Assembly: GCA_973895155.1 (NCBI GenBank)
Contig: OZ316893.1
Coordinates: 5,842,171-5,906,170, forward strand
From: Marsupella aquatica
Taxonomy: Eukaryota > Plantae > Marchantiophyta
Reading direction: 5' to 3'
DNA: 64,000 nt
Numbering within the stretch: the stretch's first letter is position 1; the number at the start of each line of letters is the position of its first letter. The notes beneath the pieces are model-generated. The model ran no database searches. It saw only the letters and a list, made by a program, of their open reading frames with translations, and was not told the origin of the DNA. Made by a program: the position numbers and the translations under genes. Of this stretch, positions 14,034 through 28,340 are shown piece after piece.

Positions 14034-17000
14034 CAAACCAAAGCTGATGAGTATATTGGGAGTTTTCCAAACCCATGGCTGTTCACTTCAGCACATTGCT
14101 AAAGAATATTGGACTCTTTAATGCAGTTTCGTATGTATATCAATTATGAGGTTGTTATATTGCTGTTCTCTGCCAGGTTCACGCAAGGATTAGCCTGATG
14201 CTGCTCTGGACCGCACGAAAGTTACAACTCAATCACCTTCACCGTGCCCAAAGACTTGGAGCAATCATTATCCAGAATCGCCACCAGGTTTATATACATT
14301 GTTGCACGAATTTTAGTGTGAATACCCTCTTAGGAGCGATAACCTATGTAAATTGAGCACTGAAAATCAAATCAATGTAATCATGAATCTTTTTCCAATT
14401 TTAAAAGTTGTCTCTTTGCTATATCTCAATAACCAGTTACTCTGCATTAGAGCTAGTCAGACATGAAATATTGACATCGTGAAAATTTTGTTTCTCGCGT
14501 TTTAGTGGCACACTCTTCCTATACTATTATTTGCATATGACACAAACATGACTTCCCTACCAACGCTTCCAGGATCTTCAATCTTCAATCTCCGCAGTAA
14601 GTAACCCAAAGTTCGCTAGCTTGTTCATCAAAAGTAAGGTACACTACTTTGACAAGTTAGAATGTCGGTTTGTCGTCCAACCCGTGATGAGTCATTAATT
14701 ATTACAAGTTTTGTTCAAGTATATAACTCCATAGTTATTTTTTTCCTTGTTTCGTACCAGGAACGTAAGTTACTCTTAATTGACGGCTGTCAACATCTGA
14801 ATGTCCAGAAGCGTGGTAGACTTGATCAACCTCGTTTGTCTTCGATCAACATTTCATAGCAATATGGCGGGAGAAGCCTTTCGAGCTGCCAGTTCTGACT
14901 GATCGATCGAGCGTTACTTATCAATATTAAAGTATGGTGAACGAGTGTCACAGCCACTCCTGCCGGACTGAAAGCGTTTTGAGAGCAAGGTAGATTCGGG
15001 GATCTAGTGGTACCGAAAAGAGAGCCGTGGGATAGATTGGACTTATGCCAAAGACGTGTACGACGACGAGGCGAGCCTCGGCAAACTCGCTTCCCGGGCG
15101 AGGCCTGTGCAGCAAGGGACTCGGAGTCTCGGGCCCTGACCCATCGAATCCGCTCTGGGCGCCCAATCATGAAAACGGGTGTGAGGGCTCCTCCACAGTA
15201 GTTTTAGAAACGCTACAGTTCTACTGTACTGCGGTGCCTCCATGACTAGCCATCGGTCGTCTGCTTTCTCAAGAACTTACTCCAGAGTATTTCATTCGGG
15301 CTTGGTTTTGCTGCCCGAACGACAATTACGGTGTACTACTGTACATTGTGCTACGCGTCCGTCACTTGACTCAGGTCACAGAACTTCAGATCGTCTATAT
15401 TTGCATGATATTTTGATTACTGAAAAGAAGCCTTTCAGGTTCTATGGGGTTCACTAGTCTCAAGATCTCGCTAGGAAGGTGAAGATGATCTAGCGTACTG
15501 TACGCGCTACATTACGAGTAATGCACTTAAAAGGGAAACCAATAAGAGCGCCGAGATTTAATGTTTCAAATTCAAAACCAAAGTGTGTTTAAATTTGTTA
15601 GGTGTACCCTAGCTTGCTGCTTGTTTCAGCTTCAATCTTCTCTTCTCGAGAGCAGAATCAAGCAACAAGGGGTAAGTCCTCTGCACGCTGATCATTTGCA
15701 GAAAGTCTCACTCCAACAATACCTGGATTCTGGCTACAGTGAATGCTGCATGTTGACAGGAACTCGCAGTGGTTCATTGACCTACTCCTCCCGATTTACC
15801 TCGTACGTCAGCGCCTCTACTTCCACTCTCAGTTTTCCATGGATTCTTGCTTTGGATCGTTCTATTTAGTAGTGTGGCTGGTTTGTAGAAATCTTCATGA
15901 ACATATATCACTGTGCCAAAGGGAAAAATGCCGAACCAGGAGACAGGGCTCAGGGGCACAACAACCCAATCTGCATGAGCAGATATATAGAGGTACATAA
16001 ATTTCCTGAATGAGTTCCTTGTTGCAGGTGGGAATGTGGACTTGACCTTGATTAACGTGAGAGCCCAGTTCAGTTCCGTACACTCTGCTCTTTCCCTCCT
16101 CCACCTCGGGCCTCACCAGCAGAGGCGTACACAAATCCGTGTCCATCCCTGTAGTTGTTTGGTACTCTCATCACGCATCAACGACTTGGTCACTTCCAGC
16201 CTGGAAGGACATCGATGTGTAGAAAAAATTGTACTGAAACACATCAACATCAGAACTGAATTAGTAGACTGACACCTTACGCATCCCCAATATGTGTCGT
16301 GCAATCCAAGAGTGGCGAGGAAAACTAGAACTGAAATTTCATCAGGTTTTTGCATCGTGTGTCTTTTGAGACGTAGTTTTTACTCTGCGAACTCGGTGTC
16401 TTCATAGACATGTACGTTAGCTCTGGACAGAAGTGGAGTTCGAAAGTTGACTAGAAGTACAAAATTTTGGAGTTTAAGCAAAAATTCTAGTGGTGCTGCT
16501 GCCCGTGATGTTTAGCAATTTCCTCCTAATTACGTAAAACTAGTTTCGGGTCGGGATATATGAACACTCTAGCTCAAATGACTTTCATGGGAGCAGGGGA
16601 CTCGCTGCTGTCTGAGAGCCCCTCGGAGAACCCTGTTAGCGTGATTGTTACAAACACAAGCTGACGCCGTGTACAGTCGATTTGGTGAATTGGGTGAGAT
16701 TTAATACCTGTAGAGAACTACATTTGGGTCCACTCGGATTGTTTTAATGTCAAACAAGCATGGCACCTACAGTGTCTGCCAAAACCTCTTTGGTTAAACA
16801 GGACATTTGCAAAGGTAACGGAGATTATAACAGGGAAGGGGTTAGAAGGGGTTAGCGTTGTTAGCAGGGCAACAGGGAAGAACACTAGGAGTGTGTTAAT
16901 CTAGATTTGAGAATATTAGTATTTTTTAAAACCAAAAATAGAATACTCCAGGATATTTAAAAACTATAAAAAATATATTTATTTATGTTTTAGGGTAACT

Positions 17001-17454
17001 CCCCAGGTAACTTACACCTTCCCTATAAAAAAAATTTAATGGGCTTAGTAAAAGACTTATAAATGTACTTATGTGTAATCTTGATTAGCTTAGTTTGCAA
17101 ATGACCTGGCAACCCTTACAAAGCTAACCCTGATAAATATCTTCTTTGTGTGCGATGGGTTGAAAAAAAATAAGGCAATGAAGACCTCAAGTGGAAGAAG
17201 CTATTGCCTGAATTACCGCTCCTTTTGTGATGATGTCAGGATGCAAACTAGGGATTCATTGGCCACCACAACATCAACTAAGGTCTACTTGCCATCTCGT
17301 ACTATGGTACAATCAAGGCGTAATCTTTGTGGTGGAAGACCAGGCAAACCAAGAGCCATCTCCTATAGCACATGTACCAAGATCCCAAACGTGAGAACCT
17401 GAGAAGTATAGAGCACCCTTGCACAACATCATAAACAACTGTGGTTTATCAGTA

Positions 17455-18890
17455 CTTTTTTTTCTTTTCTTTTTTCACAATGGAAAACCCCCCAACCAGG
17501 GGAGCACCGACCTGGGGACAAAAGCCGCCCAGGACGAAAGCGCCAGGGCCAACGGCAACAGCAGGCCAAAAAACAGAAAAAAGCTAGTCGGGCCATGGAA
17601 CATGTTTCAGGAGGATGGCCCGTCCAGCCATTGAGAGGCATCTGTTGTTCCAATTGAACAACCTCTTTCTAACTTTCCCAAGCAGAAGTTGTTTTCTTGA
17701 GAGGGTCGGACTTTGTATCCGATGGGGCAACCAAGGTATTCTATGATTTCCTTAGCAATCTTGCATCCAGTATCAGTCAGCCAGCTGGGATATAGACCTC
17801 CTTCCAAAAACAAGGGGATGATCCGGGATTTGTTAACGTTGAGAAGAGCCCCCGAAATGTTTTTGTAATGTTGTATAGTTTCTCTTGCAATGCTGAATTC
17901 TTCTTCTGTTGCAGTAAGGAACATGCCAGTGTAGTCGGCAAACAATTGGTGACACAGGCTGCTTTCTTCTCCCAGATTGAGTCCTTTCAGGCTCCCCTCA
18001 TCCATTCTGTGCTTGATAAGAGCCATCAGCGGTTGAGTCATTAAAGCAAAGAGAAGCGACGAGATCGGGCACCCCTGTCTTACCCCCCAACCCAGCTCAA
18101 TTGCTTCAGTGAAACATCTGTTGATATGAACTTTCAAAGCCGTATCCTCAACCAGCCCCCTTATCAAGGTGATTACCCTCTCGTCAAAATTCATGGCCTT
18201 GAGTACGTCCCACAGGAAGGAGTGCGCAACTCTGTCATACGCCTTCGTGAAATCCAGCTTTAAGAAAATGCTCTCTAGATGGTTAATAGTGGCGTGCTCT
18301 TGTCCTAGTTTGAATGTTATCAAATTATCAAGGATGTCACGCCCTTCCAGGAATCCAGATTGTTGAGGGTCAATTAATTTGCTTGCTACTCTCTTCAAGC
18401 GATTCGCCAGAATCTTAGCAACGATCTTCTCAGTAAGAGTTAGCATGGTGAGCGGCCTCCAGTTGCTCAGCTCCAAAACCTCTTGGTTCTTAGGAATCAA
18501 CTTTATGATGCCAGCGGAAGCCCTCGTAGCTAGCTTCCCATCTTGCCAAAAAGCGTGGACCATCGCAAAGCACGCCATTTTCATATAAGCCCACCCTTTG
18601 TGAAGAACTTCCACCGTCACTCCATCAATCCCTGGTGCCTTGTCTTTCGGGAGGTCGAAGACGGTTTTTTCTATTTCCTCCTCACTCGGGGTCGCAGCCA
18701 TCATCTGGTTCTCTTCTTGTGACACTTTCTTTGTTATTAGCTTCAAGGCTACCTCCCTTTGCTTTGGTTTATCAGTATTACACCATAGGAGATGGACCCT
18801 TGTCATTGCAAGGATTGAGTCACACAAGTGCTAGAAGAAGCGGGGCCTGAGGGGAGGCTCGATCACAAGAAGGGTGCTGTAACCCCAACG
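17455..18890 (-). mobile_element. Truncated, internally deleted L1-clade LINE
   Basis: RT ORF 17607-18827 followed on the minus strand by a short 3' segment and an A-rich tail (T-rich run at ~17455-17476 on +). No endonuclease or ORF1 is visible. The 5' boundary is approximate. Confidence 0.8.
17607..18827 (-). pseudogene. LINE ORF2 reverse transcriptase fragment
   Basis: Motifs KAPGIDG, NWRPLTML, QQSGFLEGR, LKLDFTKAYD, GVRQGCPIS, LFADY (catalytic FADD mutated), LNVNKS, YLGCP. Confidence 0.93.
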
Positions 18891-21800
18891 ATGCATACTT
18901 GTCAAAAACTCCTCTAACTAGCCAGGTCAGAATTCTTTCACTTGGTTAGCATTCACAATACATGCAGCAGAGATTTTATTATCGGGGCATCCTTGTTGGG
19001 ACTGGGATGACATCTTAGCTGCGCTGCCTGCATTAAATCTGGGGAATGCACATATACACCAAATGCTTAGACCCCTGACTTGGCCCTCACTCCAAGAAAA
19101 AAGTGAACCCCTCCATGATTGTGATCCCTTCCCTGTTACAACTTGTTATTTTTAGTTTACTATAAAAAGTTTCGATGTTACTTAATAATTTAAACTAGCC
19201 CCGACTACCCGTTCTTTGAACGTAAATAGCAGAGAGTACAATAAAAAATTATCAAAATATATTTTCTATCCATATTCTTTGAAAGATAATGAAATGATAA
19301 AAAAAATTCATCATTTTAATAGTCAAATATAATATACCCTTCTCCTTTATGCGCACATGAGTATTTTTTAATGCACATATGTTATGGTGGGGCCATAGTG
19401 CATATAGAAATTATCAAGGAAAACTGATATGTACATACATCATGTCATGAGTTTCTCCCATGCACATGATGGCCATAGAGTTACTGTCTAGAGGTTTCAC
19501 TCTAGACCTAGGCTCTTAAAAGTAGACTTGAGTTGGCGTTTTAATAGTAAGATAAAGGAGGCCATGGGCTTAGACAAACGGGCTCAGATTGCTCTGGTTG
19601 CATAGAACCATATCTACAGTAGCTGGTACAGCAAGACTTAAATAATTAATACAACATGGTGCTGTGCTAAATCTACAGCTCGTTAGAGGGTGGGATCGTG
19701 TAGTACCGCATCCCCATGGGCTGTATTATTCACAATCCCGCCTTGCCCTATGTGAGGCAAGTGGCATTGTTTTAATCTTGTCGTTAATGGAGAGCCCACA
19801 AAACCCAGTCCCAACCAAATCTATACTTTGCCATTATTTATAATTGTCAAATGGCTGTAACCCACACTGGGTGCAGACTGCCAATCTATTATTTAGTTAC
19901 CATGGTCATCCAGGTGTCTCACAATTAGTCAGCTGCTGTCGTCCAATGTTTGGTGGGAGTGAGCGGATGCCCAAACATGCTTGTTCTGGTGCATTGGAGG
20001 CAGCTTCTACCAGGTGGCCAGCTAGGGTTTCAATTATACACCGGCCGGTGGGGATTGAAAAGTTTTTTTATTGAGGACCTCTCACTAAAGTCTTCCCCTA
20101 AACTCAAATGACTTCACATGCAATCCATAGTGCCCATGTGGGCCTTTGACTACAGAACTTGCACTTAGAGAGATTGGACTGTATCTTGGACCAGGCCTGC
20201 TAAGCATATATTGTTTTGTACAAATAATTCTCCCTCTAAGTGCACTTCATAATTGAAAAACCCTTGCTAGTTGCTGAAAGGTGCCTTGTTCTTCCTTCTT
20301 GCAGCCCAGTTTGGAGTTTTTGGGGCTACTAAGTGCAAACAGGCCAAAAACATTTAGCTGACAGCTATGTAAGTGCAACCCCTTATAACTGTACATCAAC
20401 ACTAATTGAACTTAAACTTAATGATAAGTGCATGGCATCTGTCAGTACAAATTTTACTAGAGGATAGTGAATGACCCTTAAGGGCAGGGATGTACACTTG
20501 AGGGTGAAACACGGGGGCCATTGGACATTGAGGTTCTGTAGCTCTTATGGATAAATGCACTTATACACATCAAGGGCACACCATATGCTTCTTCAGGACA
20601 ATATTGTGCACCTTCAAGATCTTGACAACTGTCTCGTTTGGACTACCTCGGTTGTGGAATTCCAAATCCCCAGCCATTGATAATATCCAGCACATTCGGT
20701 CCCCGTACAATCATGCAGGAATTTCAGATATGCCCTCCATCGACGGGCCCGGACTTCCCTGCTGCAAATCGCGACGATCGGAGCGGTTGGATCACAAATG
20801 GGTTCATCATTGTCGTTACTTTGGTTCGGTGCCCAAAGCTGGCTTTCATTGATGAGGTGCACAGTTGCACAGTTGCACACCTCTTGAAGAAAAAAGAAAG
20901 CATCCTATCAATAGCCACAAGTCGCTGAGACGCGGAGAGTCAGCCATGTGAATGCTCGAAAGGTCGCAATAAGGGACGCGGAGAACCGAACGACCTTGGT
21001 GTGGATAGTTGGATGAGGCTGGGCCCACACACTTCCGCAGCCCGACACTCCTGTGTCCTGCTCACAACACGGTCTCTCGACTCTCTCGGGCCAATTCTCG
21101 AGCCCCGAGGTGACTATCAACGGCGAATTTTAGACGGCCTTGACTGGATGTACTGAGGGGATGAGATGATCCAGTCGTTCACAACAAATTTGAAGAATCT
21201 GGTCATGCTTCAGATCCACACTTCCGGATGGCAACTCTAGCTGAAAAAGGATGCGTGATTGATTGTTAAAGACTCGGAGTGCAGGCACGGTTCACAGAGG
21301 GTATATGTAGATTGGTGAGCGGTGCAGTTGGTGGTGTATTGTTTCTCAGACAGGTTGCTTATTTCCAAAGGCAGGGGCAGCCAAGCTTGATTGAAAGCGG
21401 CGAGGTGCAGAGGTGGGCTGACAGATAGTAGTGCTACTGCTGGAACGATGGCCTCAGTCCTAAGCAGTGCCGGGAAGGTGGGACTGGTGACAATGAGTTT
21501 CGGCTACATGGCTCTGCGGATGACGACCTCCCTCTCGCGGAGAGTGGATTTCTCGACTGCAAAAGGATCCCCAGTTGCTCCAGATCAGGATCCTGGGGTC
21601 TCTTCTCAGCAGCATGAGTCGGTGAAAACTAATTCGCCAGACGCGCATGTCCAGTGCCTTCACACAGCTCTTCGATGATCGATAGGAGAGCTTTGTGGAG
21701 ATTCGTGGAAAGAGTGTACAGAGATCCGACGAGCTTTCTACTATGGTTGACGTATCTGTGAATTTTACTATTATTCAAGGCTGGAGCCCGATGCAAACAT

Positions 21801-22646
21801 CCATTCCTCATCCGGGATAGCGAAAGTCACTTCGGAGTGTGTAAACTCAAATTCCCTAGCGGTCGTTGTTGTAGGATCTTCTCCGCATCGGCCCATGGTC
21901 CCCTACTAGCAGGAGGATCCTGGGGATATATCTGACTCCCAGCCGTCGAGTTCTCTGTGGGTTGCGATTGTACCAACGGCTTGTCAGTTCTTCGAATACT
22001 TCGGATTTAAGTGTATATTGCGTAGTAGAATTTGAATTCGAACCCACAGATATGCAGATCATGATTTAGGGATATACATTTATAATTATACAGTCATCTG
22101 TAATTTACTTAAAGGCTGTTAATTCCCGCCCAGGGTTATCGGTTGTGCCGATCGAATGAAAATTACCACCTACAATGCTGAGATTGCTAGGATTATTCGA
22201 CTGTCTCTGTAGACAAAACTTTGACGATCATTTTGGACTGCGGGCAGAGATTGATTTGATATCGATGGCAGTACACCCTGAGATTTGTGATGATCGATTT
22301 TTTTAACAATGCAAACTTTTGAATGAGTTTCCATCGATCGATGCAGTGTGCAAAGGTACATGTCTATGAGAGCTTTATTTTCGATGATGCCAAGCAAGTC
22401 GACTCCATGCCTCACCGACCCCTACAGGAGACGAGTAGCAGTTATGAATCAATCTTTGCGTTGCATTCGATGGGCACACATGATCTGCAAAATTTGGACC
22501 TCGTTAATTCATTCTGATCGGAGCCATACTTCGCTTTTGCATTCGATAGCCTCACATTAGAAGTTGACGAGTATAGGACAGCTGTTCAACGAAACCGATT
22601 GGAATAATTTGTCATTGAACGCCAATGGAGGGATCGAGGAGAGGAC

Positions 22647-23342
22647 TGTAGCGTGCCTAACAAGTAAAACCTGTCTACGTCGTTGGAAACTCGAGACTGT
22701 CGCTCACAAAGGATCAAGAGTCAAGACCTTGGAGATGGTCCCAAGTGTAGGCAAAGCAATGGTAATTGGGCGGTAGGTTAGGATCTCACCCAATAGTGTA
22801 GTCACTATGTGGCATCCCGGAATGACGGGAACGTGGACTCGACCGCAGGGTGGGGTGGCACACAAGGCCGGGACGAAGGAAGGGTGCGGAACTGTGGATA
22901 CACTAGTAGTGAGCGGCATGAAAATTGCCCGAAGAAAGACAACAACCCGCCTTGTATTGCGATTGCATTTCCCGAGTATATTCCTAGTAATCTCTCCTCC
23001 TAACCGAAATCTTTGTTGCCAGATATTTCACTCTCCCGCAGTAGCTTTGATTCCTTGCAAATCTTAGCGAAGCCCGTCAGTTCAACATGAACCGAGGCAT
23101 AAGGCATTTCAGGACACACCCTCCGCATACAACTGAGGTATTTAGGAGACTGCTAGGAAGGCCGTCAAGAAGGACAAGAATGTACCGTCCACCGGACCAC
23201 CAGTCACTTTGGCTGACACATAAACTGCAGCCGCCACTATGAAAGGGCACGCGAACTGTTCATTTGATTAGGTCAAGAGAAGACCTACCCTGGAGGGCTC
23301 TCTCACTCCCCGTCCGATCCCATCGTGTACGTTTTGTTTACA
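22647..23342. mobile_element. Possible old solo LTR
   Basis: TGTA...TACA ends, flanks AGGAC/AGGAA (4 of 5 match), and an internal GGTATTTAG TATA-like motif. Weak support. Confidence 0.25.
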
Positions 23343-23536
23343 AGGAATTGATTGTCAAACGAAAGCTTTAATTTTGAGGGGTATTATCATCGAAGGTAAA
23401 GACAGTACTATAGTCTATATCTGAAAAGCAATATAGGAGTGTGCTATTCTCTGTTAGATGGGTCAGCTTTTGGTATTCAAGGCCAAAACAGGAGAAGCAA
23501 TATGGAGGCTTAATTACCCCGTAAGTACATGCTGCT

Positions 23537-23539
<3 letters not shown>

Positions 23540-23572
<33 letters not shown>
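23540..23572. repeat. (TA)n microsatellite
   Basis: About 16 TA units. Confidence 0.95.
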
Positions 23573-23575
<3 letters not shown>

Positions 23576-23587
23576 CTTCAAAATTTA

Positions 23588-24424
23588 ACCTCACTCAATC
23601 CCTCCTAGTATTTATCATAACAATTGAATTGAATTATTGAATTGAGTGTCACCACATTGAATTAATAAGTGCAGAAATGTAGCACCTTTGTGTAGTAAAG
23701 CCTTTCATGATTTTTCTCTTTGTATATTTGAGTGCATTAATTCTCCATAATGCACCCCCTTTTTTGAGGAGGGGATTATACAAAACACCATAAATATAGT
23801 AAAAGTAAAAATTAAATATAGTTTTACCATAAAAATAAATAAATTAAATTTAGTCAAGATCTCAAGATGATAACCAAATCTTATATGGTGATATAAACAA
23901 AATATCTATGAATAGAATCTAATAACTCAAGAACGTATATTTTTGGCCAATTCCATAGCAATCACTTCTTGGATGACCTTTTAATCTGAATTTTCTATTT
24001 CAAGGATTTACTTTTTCTTATTTGTTATGGAAAAATCACTCAAGTTTTTACGTACATTAATGTCCTAGTTATGGGCATTATGGAAATAATGCCATCAAAA
24101 CTCGGGCTACTGCCCTCATTTTTCAGGGCATTATATCCCACAATGCCCTCTAACCAGGACATTATCCTATTCATAGCACTTGAATTGGTCACTCACATCT
24201 TTGTGTTGTAGAACTTGAAGGTCTACAACTTGATGGTACTTTTCATTGGTCAATCACTATGTGCTTTTCTTTGTATTTGCTCTATTTATACTATTTAATC
24301 ACACTCACACTCAATATGTATTCTAGTTCTATTTTCATATTTTATCCACTTACATATCACTACAAAAAAAAATATCAAATATGTTTGAGAATGAGCATCA
24401 TATATAAGAGGGATTGAGTGAGGT
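23588..24424. mobile_element. Possible non-autonomous TIR element
   Basis: 17-bp inverted repeat ACCTCACTCAATCCCTC (23588-23604) / GAGGGATTGAGTGAGGT (24408-24424). No clear TSD. Confidence 0.35.
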
Positions 24425-24941
24425 CCACAGCTGCCCCAGGTTGGGTGGTACCAGGACCGAAGTGGGACACCACATGGGCAGGGTTTGAAACCAGGATACT
24501 TTTACATTTGTAAAGCCTTTCATGACTTTTCTCTTTGTATATTTGAGTGCATTAATTCTCCATAATGCGCCTCTTTTTTTGAGGAGGGGATTATACAAAA
24601 CACCATAAATATAGTAAAAGTAAAAATTAAATATAGTTTTATCATACACAAAAAACAATTAAATTTAGTCAAGATCTCAAGATGATAACCAATCTTAAAT
24701 GGTGATACGGACAAAATATCTATGAATAGAATCTAATATAACTCAAGAACGTATATATTTGGCCAATTTCATACTAACCACTTCTTGGATGATCTTTTAA
24801 TCTGAATTTTCTATTTCAAGGATTCACTTTTTCTTGTTTGTTACCTAAAAGTCACTCAAGTTTTTAGGTACATTATTACCCTCATTTTTCAGGGCATTAT
24901 ATATCACAATGCCCTCTAACCAGGACATTATAGTATTCATA
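23695..24941. repeat. Diverged direct duplication (~480 bp at 23695-24175; ~430 bp at 24510-24941)
   Basis: Both copies begin GTAAAGCCTTTCATGA and align throughout. Copy 2 lacks ~50 bp that forms the left arm of a hairpin in copy 1. Confidence 0.9.
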
Positions 24942-24944
24942 TAT

Positions 24945-25152
24945 CCCCCATTCATCCCACCCAAAAGTTTGGTAATCTATGCTATTCATCCCACCCAAAA
25001 GTTTGGTAATCCATACTACTGTACCTTAGAGGAAACTAGCCTTCACATGGGCACGGTTTGAAACCAGAATACTTTTACATTCATCCCCCCATTCATCCCA
25101 CCCAAAAGTTTGGTAATCTATGCTACTGTACCTTAGAAGGAAACTAGCCTTC
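24945..25152. repeat. Local repeats of TTCATCCCACCCAAAAGTTTGGTAATC
   Basis: Three copies (~24951, ~24985, ~25092). Two continue with CTACTGTACCTTAGA..AAACTAGCCTTCAC. Confidence 0.85.
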
Positions 25153-26569
25153 ACGGGTAGCAATTGCAGGCAGCTCAGTCTACACGAGAGGCCCTTAATG
25201 AGCCTCAATATTGCTCCTTGTGAATATGTATGAAGCCCCCATTGACTTGTCAATCCAAGATTGGAACACAAAACAATCTACTCACTATAATATACAATCC
25301 CGCCTTTTTGTACTCATCGTCTTCTTACAAAATCCACTTTTGGAGTGAACTTATTATGACCCTTGGATTTAAAGCTTACATTTTCCCATCAAATATGTGA
25401 AAAGAAGAATAAAAGAGGATCTACTAGCTTGAGGCACGGATGGGCTTCCACCCACATCTAGACTCATACACTAACATCCACAAAAAGGTCATTGGTGAGT
25501 TGACATGTGGCTATCATGGGTAGGTGGGCCTGACAGGAAAATTTAAGTAGACCCCACATGACATTTGGACACATGATTGTCCCATTCACGTAAACTAAAG
25601 ACAGAGAACAATATAAATTAAGTTGTGAGTTCAAAAGAGACTATTTATAGGACAATGAAAAATATTTAAGTCTATTGGGAGTATATCAAGAAATTTTATT
25701 TTTTCTATTCTGTTTATGACCTATTTTTTCCAAGTTAGATTAACACTCAATCCTAAATTCTTTTTTGCAATAAACTTATCTACCAAAGACATAATGGCCT
25801 CAAGAGTAAAATGGCCCCAACAACAAAATGGCCATAGTGATAATTGTTTGTAACAATGAAATGGATGTAATAACAATTTAAAACATGACAATTGTCATAT
25901 TTTAAATCCCACCATACAAAACTATCCCATCTCAAAGCTTTTGTGCAATTGACAAAAGTGGAAAAGGAAGGAAAAAACCAGTACCATGGAAGGAGAGAAA
26001 AGATTTCTATATCAGCAGAGGGTGACCACACTTGACCACGTGATGCCCCAGCCACCGCCCCCATCTTGCGTTCCCTCCCACGCTCTCGCTCTCACCCTCC
26101 CCCACAACATTGCTTTCACAATAACACTTTGGGACATCTTTTCTCTCCTTTACAACTTTTCTCCTTTACATCCTTTGCTCACCTCAACATCTTCTATCAC
26201 CTCAACATCTTTTTTCTCTCTTTGACATCTTTTATCACTTGACCTCGACATCTTTTGCTCACCTTGACATATTTTCTCTCCTTAACAGCTTTTGTTCAGT
26301 TCGACATCATTTCTCTCCTCGACATCTTTTATCACGTTGACATCTTTCGTGCAATGCACGGGCATTGGGCTTGTACTTACAAAATATTCTTCACAATTCT
26401 ATTTAAGAAGTGTCATGAAGATACTAATTGCAAGTTCTGCTCCCAATCATTTTCTCCCTTCATTAGGTTGCTCCCTCCCTATTTAAGAGTTTAGTCATAA
26501 AAAAATAAAGTTGAAGGTACATCTATGTCATTTCATTCATTAATGCCTTTATCAAGACTTTACGTGCAG

Positions 26570-26815
26570 CGGAGGGTCCTCATTTATTTCCTTTATACCC
26601 ATCACACAAAAGTAAATAAAAGGTTTGTTATTGGGTTAAGAACAATACTTTCAAATTTATTTACAAGAACATTAGTGTTTTTAAAATCCAATTTTGACAA
26701 TTATAAGAAAAGATGAGATTTTAGAAATCAAATTTGAGAATATTTTTAGAATACTCCAAAAAGATAGGGGTAGAAAAACAGTTTTAAAAAACTACTTTTA
26801 TTTTTTAGGGTGCTT
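26570..26815. repeat. Dispersed AT-rich repeat (MITE-like), copy 1
   Basis: Similar to 58113-58360: GGGTCCTCA, TATTGGGTT, TCCAATTTTGA.AATTATAAGAA, AATATTTTTAGAATA, TTTTAGGGT. Confidence 0.45.
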
Positions 26816-27204
26816 ACTAGCTAAAAACATTGAGCTTAACATGAGCCCCCATTTAGAGTGAGGCCCCCAAGACTTACAATAATAGAAATGTGAATAGTGG
26901 GTTCTTTTACAATCTACCCACAGCACCTTGAGTAATTTGTTCAATGGTCAGAATAAAATGAGCTCAATTTCACTAGGGGGGGGGGGGGGAACTAATCAGG
27001 CCATGAGAGTTGGAAGAGCCATTGGACAGTTGGCCTAACAAGGACCCAGTAAATTCTAATCCTGTGACAGCTACCCACATCCCTACAACTCCTAGTGCTC
27101 CCAAGTTATCAGGCATAGTGTGACCTTTAGTACAAACCAGGTTAGTCTTCTTCCTAAGGTTAGCCACAAGAGACATACTTTTATGCTAGTGGCGGGCATG
27201 AGAG

Positions 27205-27528
27205 TGTGGGGAGAAATCAGATCAGGAAAAACACTCCAAACATACACGTGTTCAATAGTTACGTGGTTCGCCTCAAGGTTGGCTACGTCCACGGGAAGAC
27301 CAAGCTTTATTAGCGGTTATATGTCTACTCAAGCATCACCATAGCTCTCATCTCTTCAAGCTTTCATCTCTTGTTATATCACTGTGTTCTTTCTTGAGAA
27401 CTCTCTGTTGTGTTCTCACACCACATAGAAGTTGAAGAGATAAGGACCAATCTCTTCAACTAGGGTTTACTCTAACCCTAGTTAACATACTAACCATAGT
27501 TCAACCCAAGACTGAGTTAACCTTTACA
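27205..27528 (-). repeat. 3' LTR of copia element 1
   Basis: TGTGGGGAGA...CCTTTACA. About 10 differences from the 5' LTR by eye. PPT (AGGGGGAGTT on minus) is adjacent at 27529-27538. Confidence 0.95.
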
Positions 27529-28340
27529 AACTCCCCCTTGACTCACGTCTTGGGAGGGTTCATAACATTGTCTTTTCCTTACAAGTTCCTCCGTGGGAAG
27601 TTCAAGGCAGTAGGGCCAAAAGACCCTCCCCCTAATGCAAGGGTTAACTAGAACTAAGCCGTAGCCGATAAACCATCGGATGGAGTACTCATATAGAGAC
27701 ATTTTCTTGGTTAACTCTATATTTACAATATTTGTAAATAATTACAATGCCTTGAAAAACTATTGGAGTTTAATACTTTGGTAAAAACATCCGCTGGATT
27801 AAGCTTTCCATCAATCTTGACAAGCTCAAATTCATCATCCGATAATGCCTGTCGGATGAGATGATAGCGGACATCAATGTGCTTTACCCTGCCATCCATC
27901 ACCTGATTCTTGGCAGTGTAAATTGCACTTTGACTGTCACAATGAAGATATACACACTCTTGTGATAAACCCATCTCCGCGACAAGCTTTTTCAACCAAA
28001 TGGTCTCTGATGCTGCTTCTGCTGCTGCTACATACTCGGCATCCATAGTAGACTTTGCAACACACTTTTGGAGAGTAGACTTCCAACTAATGCATCCACC
28101 AGCAAGTGTAAATACATATCCAGTTGTTGATCTCCTCTTATCCAGATCATCTGCGTAGTCTGCATCCACATAACCTTGAAGCACTTTCATATTGTTTGAA
28201 CTTGCATCAAACAATAAACCCCTCTTAGTGGAACCTTTGATGTAGCGCAAAATCCATTTCACTGCTTCCCAATGAACTTTTCCTGGATTTTCCATGTATC
28301 TGCTTACCTTGCTAATGGCATAAGCTATGTCTGGTCGGGT

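Noticed and set aside
15561-16355. Possible spliced gene fragments
   Set aside because: No consistent frame or known motif could be assembled.
20547-21811. Possible decayed gene (stop-interrupted minus frame with Cys-rich CAGYYQWL)
   Set aside because: GC-balanced and exon-like, but no family could be supported; the GRF zinc-finger resemblance is too weak.
27428-27484. Two adjacent hairpins in the copia LTR as a terminator or ncRNA
   Set aside because: Ordinary short inverted repeats present in both LTRs; no independent evidence of function.
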